64,000 nt of DNA from Bryobacterales bacterium (GTDB lineage: Bacteria; Acidobacteriota; Terriglobia; Bryobacterales; UBA6623). The first letter of the stretch is position 1. Each line of letters begins with the position of its first letter. A program made the position numbers and the translations under genes. The stretch lies in assembly GCA_965206655.1 (NCBI GenBank), contig CBDBKC010000034.1:365613-429612 (forward strand). The letters are read 5' to 3'. This document shows, piece by piece, positions 31,508-40,011 of this stretch. The notes under the pieces were generated by a model. That model was not told the origin of the DNA. It saw nothing but the letters and a program-made list of their open reading frames with translations, and did no database searches.

Positions 31508-31696
31508 TTGAAGGTCAGAGACCTGATACGCCTCTTGGAGGAAGACGGATGGCAACTGGTGCGAACAAGAGGAAGCCACAGGCAGTTCAAGCACCTCGAC
31601 AAGCCCGCTACTGTCACCGTTGCCGGAAAGGCGGGAGTTGATGTCCCGCCAGGCACGCTCAACGCCATTCTCAAGCAGGCTGGCTTGAAGGATTGA
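31508..31696 (+). CDS. hicA: HicA mRNA-interferase toxin
   Basis: TTG start. KVRDLIRLLEEDGWQLVRTRGSHRQFKHLDKPATVTVAGKAGVDVPPGTLNAILKQAGL is textbook HicA, with GSH and a C-terminal GTL..IL.QAGL. Confidence 0.92.
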   Translation: MKVRDLIRLLEEDGWQLVRTRGSHRQFKHLDKPATVTVAGKAGVDVPPGTLNAILKQAGLKD

Positions 31697-31706
31697 GGAA
31701 CACTGG

Positions 31707-31922
31707 ATGCACTACATGGTGGTAATCGAGCGCGGCGAGAAGAGTTGGGGGGCCCACGTCCCCGACCTCCCCGGCTGCGTGGCGGTAGGCGAGACACGGG
31801 ACGAAGTGCTGCAACTTGTCCGCGAGGCCGTCGACTTCCACATCGAGGGCCTGAAGCAGGATGGCCTTCCCGTGCCCCCGCCGAGCTCCGAAGGTGAGTT
31901 TGTCGAGGTCAGCGCGGCCTGA
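31707..31922 (+). CDS. hicB: HicB antitoxin (short UPF0150 type)
   Basis: MHYMVVIERGEKSWGAHVPDLPGCVAVGETRDEVLQLVREAVDFHIEGLKQDGLPVPPP. Confidence 0.9.
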   Translation: MHYMVVIERGEKSWGAHVPDLPGCVAVGETRDEVLQLVREAVDFHIEGLKQDGLPVPPPSSEGEFVEVSAA

Positions 31923-31988
31923 TCTGCTTCCACGGGTACCCGCGGAGGTTCGCGGGCCTGCAACCTTCGCTGCGTTCCGAGCGGGTCC

Positions 31989-33245
31989 TTAGACCACGAT
32001 TTGGCTGATGTCGACCAAGTGCAACTGCCGCCCGTCCTTCCCATGGGGCGAATCAAAGCAGACCAACTTGCCGTCGCGGCTGTGGCGGGGGTGGGTGTCG
32101 CAACGCCACTCACCCGTATACTCCTCGGGCGAATGGATCGCTGCTAGCTCGACTTTACGTCCCGAGGGGACGTGGTAGAGATACGGGCGCTGCATGCGCT
32201 GGTCGTCGGGGTAGGTGTCGTTCAGTATCCACTGGTTGTCGTGCTCGGGGAGATACGTGCAGTGGCCGTCCTGGGTCATGACGTCGGGGCCGATGGCCTC
32301 GATTTTGTCGGAGCCATCCTCAAAGAGATAGAAGGCGCGGCCGTGGCTGGGCTGCTCGGACCAGGCGAGGATGTGGGTGGGGTCGCGCCAGATGAAGTGC
32401 GAGGTGTGTCCGTTGTCGTCAACGATGCGTACGTCGGAGCCGTCGGCGTTGGCGGTGATCATGCGGGTCAGTCGGTTCCCCTTCGGATAGCGCCAGCGGT
32501 GGAGCGCAATGAAGCGCGCGCCGTCGGGACTGAACAGCAGATGGTTGAAGTAGTGTTTGATCCCCGGCTCGGGATTGGGCAGTTCGCCGAGTTGGCTGAT
32601 CTCCGCCAGTGAAAGGATCAGCTTGGATTCGCCGGACTCGAGATCGACGTGGAAGATTCCTGAGTCTTCCGGCGCGAGGTCGTCGGCGTAGGGGTCGGGT
32701 GCGCCGACGTATCCGTAGCCGGGCCGCACATCCTGGATGCGCCGGAAGTCGGGGGTGACGGCGGTCTTGCCGTCGGGGCTTACCGAGTAGATGGGATGCG
32801 GGATAGTTCGTTTCTTTCCCGTTTCCACGTCGAGGATGCGGCTGACGTATTGGCCGTCCTGGCGGTCGTTCCAGATGATCTCCGACTCCGATCCCGGAAG
32901 CCACTGCAGCATGCAGCCCTGCTGCCAGCCCCAGGCATTGCTCTGGTCAAGGTCGATCCAGCGGTCGTTGTCTTCGAGGTCGACCATGCCGATGCGGATG
33001 GTGTCGTCAATGGTGGGCGTGCGGTGTTCGAAGTCGACCTCCATGCAGAGCACCCGGCGGTTGGCCGGATCAAACTGCAGCTTGTCGTAGTAACTGAACC
33101 AATGGTGCTTCGGGCCTTTCGTGATAATGCGCAGCGGGGCCTCGACGGGCGGCTGCTCTTTGCTGTCCTGCTGAGCGCAGGCGGTGAGGCCGGCGAGGGT
33201 GGTGGTTAGGAAGTTGCGGCGAGTAACAGGCATGATCGGGACCAA
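31989..33245 (-). CDS. Secreted beta-propeller protein (TolB-like / oligogalacturonate-lyase-like fold), Tat-type signal
   Basis: MPVTRRNFLTTTLAGLTACA signal; repeated SPDG blades (VSPDGKTAV, FSPDGARFI) and a C-terminal HPRHSRDGKLVCFDS. Confidence 0.7.
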   Translation of the reverse strand: MVPIMPVTRRNFLTTTLAGLTACAQQDSKEQPPVEAPLRIITKGPKHHWFSYYDKLQFDPANRRVLCMEVDFEHRTPTIDDTIRIGMVDLEDNDRWIDLDQSNAWGWQQGCMLQWLPGSESEIIWNDRQDGQYVSRILDVETGKKRTIPHPIYSVSPDGKTAVTPDFRRIQDVRPGYGYVGAPDPYADDLAPEDSGIFHVDLESGESKLILSLAEISQLGELPNPEPGIKHYFNHLLFSPDGARFIALHRWRYPKGNRLTRMITANADGSDVRIVDDNGHTSHFIWRDPTHILAWSEQPSHGRAFYLFEDGSDKIEAIGPDVMTQDGHCTYLPEHDNQWILNDTYPDDQRMQRPYLYHVPSGRKVELAAIHSPEEYTGEWRCDTHPRHSRDGKLVCFDSPHGKDGRQLHLVDISQIVV

Positions 33246-33270
33246 TTATAGCGACAGACGCCCCGTATCC

Positions 33271-33966
33271 TTACAGAATCTCGCGCGGATAGGCGTTGAA
33301 CGACTTCAGCGCCTCGCAGTAGCGTACACCCGCTGTCTTGCCGCGGTATACGGAAAGGGCCTCTTTCGATTCCTGGGCCGGATAGCTCTGAGAAGCATCG
33401 AAATCTTCGTTCTTCACCAGCGCCGCCAGGCGACCGAGCCATTCGATCGCCCGCGGCCAGTCGTCGCTCACGTCGACGAATGTATCCGGCTCGAAGCCGA
33501 TCGTATGACGTGGGCCGTTGTCGTAGTAATACATACGGCGCGGCGCGCGATACGTTCGCTTGCTGAGCACGCGGCCCGCCTGACGCAGGGCCACCTTGCT
33601 GAGCCGTGACGCCACCTCGTGGTCGGGATGGGTGTCGTCGGGCCAAAGCAAGAATGCGATGTCGGGAGCGATGTCCGCGACGGCCTCGGCAACCGCACGT
33701 TTGGTTTCGGAAGTGACACCAAACTGCTGCGACCTGTAGTTCAGGAACCGGCTCTCCACGCCGAAGCTCTGCGCAATCTCTTTCGTCCCTTCGACGATCT
33801 CCCGGTGCCGGCCCGCGGCAGGCGGCCAATTCGAGTAGTCGCCGATCAGGGTCAGGATAACCACGCGATAGTGCTTCCTGACCGCCTGTAACAGCAAGCC
33901 CGGGACGCCGAATGGGCTGTCGTCGTAGTGTGCGCCGATCGCGAGAACGGTCTTGTCGTTGGGCAT
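33271..33966 (-). CDS. PIG-L/LmbE-family deacetylase
   Basis: VLAIGAHYDDSPFG (variant of AHPDDE) and PDDTHPDHEVASRL (HPDH zinc motif). Confidence 0.8.
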   Translation of the reverse strand: MPNDKTVLAIGAHYDDSPFGVPGLLLQAVRKHYRVVILTLIGDYSNWPPAAGRHREIVEGTKEIAQSFGVESRFLNYRSQQFGVTSETKRAVAEAVADIAPDIAFLLWPDDTHPDHEVASRLSKVALRQAGRVLSKRTYRAPRRMYYYDNGPRHTIGFEPDTFVDVSDDWPRAIEWLGRLAALVKNEDFDASQSYPAQESKEALSVYRGKTAGVRYCEALKSFNAYPREIL

Positions 33967-33987
33967 GTGTTGTCTAGATGGACCAGG

Positions 33988-34908
33988 TTAGAGGCGTGCC
34001 CGCGTGCTGATGTACTTGGCGCCGCCGTTGGTCAGTTGCGTCTGCTTGCCCGTGTCGATTTCAACGCGCCAAATCTCCCATTGCCGGGAGCGGTCGGATT
34101 CGAACACGATCCACTTCCCGTCTCGTGAAAACCAGGGGTGGCCGTCGTTCCCCTTGGCCTGCGTGAGGTTGCGGGCCCCGGAGCCGTCGATCTCGGCGAG
34201 AAAGATCTCGTCTCCGTCTCCCGCGACATTGGTCTGCCAGGCCATCCACTTCCCATCGGGAGAAACCGCCGGCCGGCGGTGCAGATGTTTGGCGTCGGTG
34301 AGGTACTGAGCCTTGGCGCCGGGGCCATGGCCCCACATGCGGACGAGGCCAACCTGGCGTGGCTGAAATCCACGGTTCTTCTCGTGCATGAAGATAATGC
34401 TGTCGGGCAGCGCCACTCCGTTGGTCGCTTCCATGGTGACTTCATAGCCGTCCTCCGGCGTCCCGACCCATTGCGAGCGGTGTTTCCCACACTGCCGGTG
34501 GTAGGCAAGGATGTCGTCGATCGGTGAGACGGAGGCGTGATGCAGCGCGCAGCCGGGAACGGCTACGACGACATCCTTCTTCCCGGTATAGATATCGAGT
34601 TTGACCAGCCGCGCCTCGGTCGAGTGGTCGTACGCATTCACCGGGAAATCCGAATAGAGAACGTGGCGCTGATCGGAGTAGAAGGAGGAGTGTTCGTTGT
34701 ACCCCGTACCGGAAGTCAACTGGCGCCGGTGCGAGCCGTCCTCTTCCATGAGCCACAGCTTGCCGGCGAGGATTTGCTTGCCCGTCTGTTCGTCGAGGTG
34801 CGCCCGCTGGAAAACGATCGGGTTGCGGTAGCGGTATTCGGCGTCTTGCCCGTTCACACTCGGAGCGGCTAGCAGGGCCAGCAGGCACAACACGGCACTC
34901 AGTTTCAT
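33988..34908 (-). CDS. Secreted TolB-like beta-propeller protein
   Basis: Signal MKLSAVLCLLALLAAPSVNGQ; blades with VSPDGKWMAW and FSRDGKWIVFESDRS...EIWRVEIDTG. Confidence 0.8.
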   Translation of the reverse strand: MKLSAVLCLLALLAAPSVNGQDAEYRYRNPIVFQRAHLDEQTGKQILAGKLWLMEEDGSHRRQLTSGTGYNEHSSFYSDQRHVLYSDFPVNAYDHSTEARLVKLDIYTGKKDVVVAVPGCALHHASVSPIDDILAYHRQCGKHRSQWVGTPEDGYEVTMEATNGVALPDSIIFMHEKNRGFQPRQVGLVRMWGHGPGAKAQYLTDAKHLHRRPAVSPDGKWMAWQTNVAGDGDEIFLAEIDGSGARNLTQAKGNDGHPWFSRDGKWIVFESDRSRQWEIWRVEIDTGKQTQLTNGGAKYISTRARL

Positions 34909-35024
34909 GGAGCAGATTCTACAGCAAGCCGGTGCCGGATCGCTCGGGGGACTTTGGAACCTTAGGGCTAATGCTCTTCACTTTCGGCAAGCCAAATCGA
35001 AGGCACCAGCCGTGGAGAGGCTGC

Positions 35025-35044
35025 GGGCACGGCATGCCGTGCCC
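35025..35044. terminator. Perfect 20-nt palindrome GGGCACGGCATGCCGTGCCC (8-bp stem, 4-nt loop) 64 nt downstream of the metF stop
   Basis: Read directly from the sequence. On the + strand it is followed by a T-rich run (CTACTTTTCCCTTCGGATTTTTTCGC); in the metF (-) orientation the A-rich tract precedes it and no U tract follows. Terminator function for metF is therefore uncertain. Confidence 0.35.
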
Positions 35045-35107
35045 CTACTTTTCCCTTCGGATTTTTTCGCGGCAAGCCTGATTCGGACAAAGTGAAGAGG
35101 ATTGGGG

Positions 35108-35995
35108 CTAGGCGGCTGATTCGTTCGTCAGCAAGCCCTTGATCGATTGGTAGACAGCCCGCGTCGCGGTGGAACGATTCAGCGTGTAGAAGTGGATACC
35201 CGGTACGCCGTTGCTCAATAGATCGTCGCACTGACGGGTAGCGTGATAGACGCCGATTTGGCGGACCGCCTCGGGATCGTCCTCGACACCCTCGATCTTC
35301 CGCTGAAGGTCATCGGGTAAACTCGCGCCGCACATCTGTGTGAACCGCTTGATCTGCTTCACGCTGAGAATCGGCATGATGCCGGCCAGAATAGGTGTGT
35401 GAATTCCCGCCGCCACCGCTCGATCCCGAAAGCGATAGAAATCGCCGTTGTTGAAAAAGAGTTGTGTGATGAGAAAGTCCGCGCCGGCATCGACCTTGCG
35501 TTTCAAGTTTTCGAGGTCCGCGTCCGTGCTCGGCGCCTCGGGATGCTTTTCGGGATAGCATGCCGCGCCCAGGCAGAAAGAGTGCCGCGCCCGGATGAAC
35601 TCGACCAACTCGCTGGCGTAGCGGAATCCGCCGGGCGTCGCCGTGAATTCCTTCTGGCCCTTGGGCGGGTCACCGCGCAGAGGCAGGATGTTCTCCATCC
35701 CGGCCGCCCTGAGGTCTTCGAGTACGTCGGCAATCTCGTCGCACGTTGAGCCGACACAGGTCAAATGCGCCATCGACTCGATGCCGATTTCGTGCTTGAT
35801 GCGCTTGACGAGATCCACCGTCTTGCGCCGCGTACTGCCGCCCGCGCCATAGGTGACTGATACGTAGCTCGGCCCGAGCGGCTTGAGGGCCTCAATCGTC
35901 TCGAATAGGGCGGTGAAGCCGGCATCATCCTTCGGAGGAAAGAACTCGAACGAAACCGCGCGCCGGTTCGTCTTCAATAGATCGACGATCTTCAT
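35108..35995 (-). CDS. metF: 5,10-methylenetetrahydrofolate reductase
   Basis: VSFEFFPPKDDAG...YVSVTYGAGGSTRRKTVDLVKRIKHEIGIESMAHLTCVG...LRGDPP...ITQLFF is the canonical MetF pattern. Confidence 0.95.
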   Translation of the reverse strand: MKIVDLLKTNRRAVSFEFFPPKDDAGFTALFETIEALKPLGPSYVSVTYGAGGSTRRKTVDLVKRIKHEIGIESMAHLTCVGSTCDEIADVLEDLRAAGMENILPLRGDPPKGQKEFTATPGGFRYASELVEFIRARHSFCLGAACYPEKHPEAPSTDADLENLKRKVDAGADFLITQLFFNNGDFYRFRDRAVAAGIHTPILAGIMPILSVKQIKRFTQMCGASLPDDLQRKIEGVEDDPEAVRQIGVYHATRQCDDLLSNGVPGIHFYTLNRSTATRAVYQSIKGLLTNESAA

Positions 35996-36102
35996 ACAGA
36001 GCGGTCCGGCACCCCACGCACATTGTTTGGGGGCTCAGGAAGTCTTACCCAGTCTAACGGAATCTCTTGCGGCGACCATTAGGGAACACACCTGAGAAAC
36101 TG

Positions 36103-36125
36103 TGAAAAAACGGGTACCGTCCGCG
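36103..36125 (-). terminator. Weak intrinsic-terminator-like element downstream of the TlpA-like gene (GGACGG-UAC-CCGUUU followed by a U run)
   Basis: The minus-strand RNA reads ...GGACGGUACCCGUUUUUUCAC. The stem is short with two G-U pairs and is followed by a run of six U. Confidence 0.3.
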
Positions 36126-36226
36126 GCGCGGCGCTTGTGAGCACTGCGAGCAAAGAAGTTACGCGGGCGGCGCTTGGTACAGTCCCCATCTTCTCGCAGC
36201 CCCTGCGCCGCGGCCGTTAACAGCCG

Positions 36227-37645
36227 TTAGCGGACTTCCATGACGACCTGAAAATCCTGTCTTCGATAGAGGCAGGTTCCGTGTACGTCTTCGCAGACGT
36301 AGTACAGGGCGTATCCGTCGAGGGAGCGCGGGCCGGATGCTGCATCTTCATCACAGCGGATTTCGAACTCGGCCTTACGTTCTTCGAGGCTGACAACCTC
36401 GGGTGGATTGGGCAAGCTGCGGTAGGAGCTGTCGAGTTGGCAACCTTCGCCCTCGTTGAGCCACACCTCCAGACCGTCGACTTCGTTGTTCCAGTGCGCC
36501 TTGATCTCTTCGCGCGGACGGTAATTGACATGAATCCGCGATGCCTCGCCCGGCGCGATCGAGTTCGGCACGACGACTCTTTCGAGATCAATGAACTCAC
36601 CCTCATCGCGATGAATCCGGCCGCGCGGATCGGGGGGCTCGGCGGGCGCTTCCATCGTCGCCAGCTCTGTCGCCGGCTCGGCGAACTCGGCGCCACCTGG
36701 TTCGACAATGAGCGGGGCGGGCGTCTCGCCACGCGCAGTGATCTCCTCGCGTGCTTGAGGGACCCAGTCGTAGAACGGATAGGGCTTATCGAGGCGCGGC
36801 CCGTACTGCTGAATGCGCCGCCGCCAGATGTACTGATTCGGATCGATATCGAGCGCCGCTTTCCAGTGATCGACCGCTGCTTGGAAGTCGCCTTGGTTTC
36901 GCCCATCTGAGTCGTAGCGCTTTCGAAGCGCCACGCCGAGACGGAACTCCAGCCAGCCGTCTCCGGGCTGGGTCTCGAGAGCTTGCCGGTAGGCCTGAAT
37001 CGCATTGTTGATCCGGCCGAGGTCATTGGAGCGCACGATTAGATCAGCGAAATCGGCCCACGCTTCGGAGTCTGAGGAGGCCGTTGGCATGACGGCCTCA
37101 GGCCAGTGCGTGGGGGGAAGAACCTCATCGACCGCCGGCGGCGCATCAAACTCCGCCCGCATGAAGCTGCTCCGGAATTCATCGGCGTTGTCGAGCCGAA
37201 GCCCCTTTTCTCTGACGATGCCATGCTCGTCAATCGCCACCGTGATCGGCACCGCCGACACTTCGAGTAGGTTCAGCGAGTCGACAAGGATCGGCCATCC
37301 CATCTGCTTCCATTGCATGAAGAGACGGCAGCGGTCGGGGTGTTGCTCTTGGATGATTCCGACAACTTGCAGTTCGCCGGATTCGTGAAGATCTTTGATC
37401 GCGTCGTGCCACCCGGGCACGTGGGTGCGGCAGCCCCGTCACCAGGATGCGAAGACGTGCAGCAGCGTCTTCTTTCCTCGGAACTGAACGATTGACGACG
37501 GGCTGCCGTCTGTGAGCGACGGCAGGATCAGAGCGGGGAAGGGTTTGCCCACCTCGATCGCGACATCGCTGGGAGCCGTCACGTCCACCGGAGTACCGCA
37601 GGCCGCCAGGAGCAGAATGCCCAGGGCGGGCAAGATTCGTCGCAT
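36227..37645 (-). CDS. TlpA/redoxin-like thiol:disulfide oxidoreductase lipoprotein fused to TPR repeats and a C-terminal domain; in-frame TGA (37439..37441) at the first Cys of the CxxC motif, so a candidate selenocysteine protein (UxxC)
   Basis: Track ORFs 37439..37645 and 36227..37420 are in the same frame, separated by the TGA plus 6 sense codons. The joined product reads MRRILPALGILLLAAC (lipobox)...GKKTLLHVFASW-U-RGC-RTHVPGWHDAIKDLHESGELQVVGII...AVPITVAIDEHGIV, a complete thioredoxin fold only when read through. Confidence 0.6.
37405..37421 (-). promoter_or_regulatory. SECIS-like hairpin 18 nt downstream of the in-frame UGA (CGUGCC-CGGGU-GGCACG)
   Basis: Perfect 6-bp GC-rich stem with the 5-nt loop CGGGU, read directly from the sequence. 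The position and the G/U-containing apical loop are compatible with bacterial SECIS elements. Confidence 0.45.
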
Positions 37646-37973
37646 AGCCTGAACCGTAGATTACACCAAGAGTGGGACGCGGCGTCCGGTTGATTGACCG
37701 AGCCGACTGGGCTGTGTTTGTGTAAGTAACTTTGTTTGAGTTGGTTGGGGGCGGAGTGGGTCCGTTTGGCATTGTGGAGCTGACGAGGCGCTCGGCGGTT
37801 GCGCCGCCGCGGAGGACTAAGGTTCGTTTGGACCGCACGCAGTGTTTCCCGCGCCTGGCGGCGCGGACGCGCGGATTTACATCCGTGCCTCTTTCGCTGC
37901 AAACGCCCTTGGTTCGAGAGGACGGCCGTATACTATGACGACGCCAGGGGGGACCCGGGCCAAAGAGGAAAGT

Positions 37974-39608
37974 ATGGCAAATACGACGAAGACGACTCCG
38001 CTCATTTCGGCCGGAAGCTCAGCTCTGAGCCGGCGTGATCTATTCCGCAACGGGGGACTGCTTGCCGCCGCAGGGCTTGCCGCGCCGGGAACTTCAGCGG
38101 GAGCCAAAGCCGCAGGCAAGTTGAGTATCGGCCCGAAGCTCTACGAGTCGATCGGCATTCGCCCGATCATCAACGCCAACGGCCCGATTACGCTGTTCAG
38201 CGGTTCGGTCATGCTTCCGGAAGTGCGCGAGGCAATGTCTCATGCATCGCGGGTCTATGTTCATCTCGATGAACTGATGGAAGCCGTCGGCAGCCGGCTG
38301 GCTGAGATCACGGGAGCGGAGTTTGGGATCGTGACATCGGGTTGCTCGGCGGCTTTGGTGCATGCCACGTCGGCGTGTATTGCCGGCGGCGCCCCGGAGC
38401 TCATCCAACGCCTGCCGGATTTGTCGGACCTCAAAGACGAAGTCGTCGCGCCGACCGATTCGCGCAACGTCTACGACCACGCCGTGCGCATGCTGGGCGT
38501 GAAGATCATCAACGTTTCGAACGCGGAAGAGCTGCGGGCGGCCGTCGGCCCTCGGACCGCGCTCGTGATGGTGCTCGCCAAAACGGCGGACCGCAGCAAA
38601 TCCCTGCGGCTGGAACACATCGTGCCGATCGCCCACGAGCAGAACATCCCCGTCCTGGTTGATGCCGCGGCGGAAGACCTCAGCATGCCCAACGTCCATT
38701 TGGAGCGGGGCGCCGATCTCGTTGCTTATAGCGGGGGAAAGGCTTTTCGCGGACCGCAAAGCTCGGGGCTTCTGGTCGGGCGTAAAGACCTCGTTCAGGC
38801 GGCTTGGCTCAACAGTTCCCCACACCACGCCTTTGGACGCCCGATGAAAGTGGCCAAGGAAGACATCATGGGACTTCTGGCGTCGGTCGAAATGTGGGTC
38901 GAGCGCGACCACGAGGCCGAGCGGCGCATGTGGGCCGGCTGGGTCGATGAGATCGCCGTCAGCGTCGGCAGGGTGCCCGGCGTGGAGACTCACATCGAGC
39001 GCTTCGAGGGGATCATGCAGCGCGAGCCGTTGATCGGCATCAAATGGGATTCGAAGCCGCGCCTCGAGATTAGCTGGGACAGCGCAAAACTGGGCATCAC
39101 CGGCGATGAGGTCTACAAGCGGCTTTACAGCGAGGAGCCGAGAGTCGTGCTGCGATCCGCGAGCGGCGACGGGCGGAGTTCCAATGAGAGCAAGATAGCG
39201 GTCGTCCCCATGTATATGTTGCGGGGGGACGCGAACGTCGTTGCGCAGCGACTCCATTCACTGCTGTCGAACCCGCCGAAGTCGAATCGCGAATCGGCCG
39301 GGTCGTCCCACGATGTCGCCGGACGCTGGGACCTGCGGCTCGATTTCGCCTACGGCCATGCCGATCACAAGCTGTTCTTCGAGCAAGAGGGCACGGATCT
39401 CACAGGAGAGCACCTCGGAGATAGGACGGAGGGTGAGCTTTCCGGCTGGGTGGATGGGAATCGGGTGGTCTTCCGCGATACGCAGCAGTACGAAGGCGGA
39501 AACTTTCAATACCGCTTCGAAGGAACTGTTGCGGGAGATTCGATGCAGGGCGAGGTAGATTTGGGTGAGTATGGATTGGCGCAGTGGGCGGCGAAGCGCC
39601 ACGTCTGA
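37974..39608 (+). CDS. Tat-signal PLP-dependent enzyme of the SelA/DgaE (pfam SelA-like) family with an extra C-terminal beta-rich domain
   Basis: The ATG at 37974 is preceded by AAAGAGGAAAG. SRRDLFRNGGLLAAAGLAAPG is a twin-arginine signal. GIRPIINANGPITLFSGS...IVTSGCSAALVHA...YSGGKAFRGPQSSGLLVGRKDL is the lysine motif of the SelA-like family. It lacks the SelA N-terminal domain. Confidence 0.75.
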   Translation: MANTTKTTPLISAGSSALSRRDLFRNGGLLAAAGLAAPGTSAGAKAAGKLSIGPKLYESIGIRPIINANGPITLFSGSVMLPEVREAMSHASRVYVHLDELMEAVGSRLAEITGAEFGIVTSGCSAALVHATSACIAGGAPELIQRLPDLSDLKDEVVAPTDSRNVYDHAVRMLGVKIINVSNAEELRAAVGPRTALVMVLAKTADRSKSLRLEHIVPIAHEQNIPVLVDAAAEDLSMPNVHLERGADLVAYSGGKAFRGPQSSGLLVGRKDLVQAAWLNSSPHHAFGRPMKVAKEDIMGLLASVEMWVERDHEAERRMWAGWVDEIAVSVGRVPGVETHIERFEGIMQREPLIGIKWDSKPRLEISWDSAKLGITGDEVYKRLYSEEPRVVLRSASGDGRSSNESKIAVVPMYMLRGDANVVAQRLHSLLSNPPKSNRESAGSSHDVAGRWDLRLDFAYGHADHKLFFEQEGTDLTGEHLGDRTEGELSGWVDGNRVVFRDTQQYEGGNFQYRFEGTVAGDSMQGEVDLGEYGLAQWAAKRHV

Positions 39609-40011
39609 GGCGGACGCGGTACATCGTTGCCCAAGTTCACGAACGGGTTTCTCGACGATTTCAAGAAGAGCGGGGACCGCGCGTACGCCATTTTCCGGGC
39701 TGGTGACTACACGCCCATGTGGACGGTGTATCAACCCCTCGCCATCAGTGCGGATTTGGCGACCTGCGGGCGGTCCGATGTAAACCTCGGTACGGCCCGC
39801 CCGCGCAAGAATGTTGGGCGCAAGCGTCACCGTCGGATAGATACCGAGAAACGATTTCGCATTGAGGAAGCAGCCGTCGCAGCCACTGGAACCCAGTCGT
39901 CGAGTGGACTCAGATCGAGTCCCATCAGAGGTCTATCAAGAGCCTGGGCCGAGAGCGAGTGACATCGGTTGTTCGCGACATCTAACTGAATCGCGCTAGA
40001 ATCGGACCGGC

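Noticed and set aside
34907-35095. 62-aa plus-strand ORF between the propeller gene and metF that would give the 35025..35044 palindrome a plus-strand gene to terminate.
   Set aside because: Its start overlaps the start codon of the opposite gene, its composition is not protein-like, and there is no RBS-like sequence.
35996-36100. Looked for a SAM or other riboswitch in the metF 5' leader.
   Set aside because: Only a 6-bp long-range pairing (CTCAGG/CCTGAG) is seen, and none of the SAM-I or SAM-II conserved core strings. This is insufficient evidence without a covariance-model scan.
37646-37973. Searched the divergent intergenic region next to the UGA-containing gene for tRNA-Sec (long variable arm, UCA anticodon loop CUUCAAA, GGTTCGA T-loop).
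   Set aside because: There is no TTCAAA/TTTGAA anticodon-loop candidate. The two GGTTCG-like strings (37821.., 37910..) lack complementary T-stems.
38094-39257. 387-aa minus-strand ORF inside the SelA-like gene.
   Set aside because: Antisense shadow of a gene with clear family motifs; R/H/D-rich with no recognisable domain.
37974-39608. Considered calling this gene selA (selenocysteine synthase), which would have supported the neighbouring selenoprotein call directly.
   Set aside because: It has a twin-arginine export signal, lacks the SelA N-terminal domain, and carries an unrelated C-terminal domain. It fits the broader SelA/DgaE-like PLP family, not canonical SelA.
39258-39830. 190-aa minus-strand ORF spanning the gap after the SelA-like gene.
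   Set aside because: Two thirds of it is antisense to the SelA-like coding region. The plus-strand frame shows the stronger third-position GC bias in the gap.
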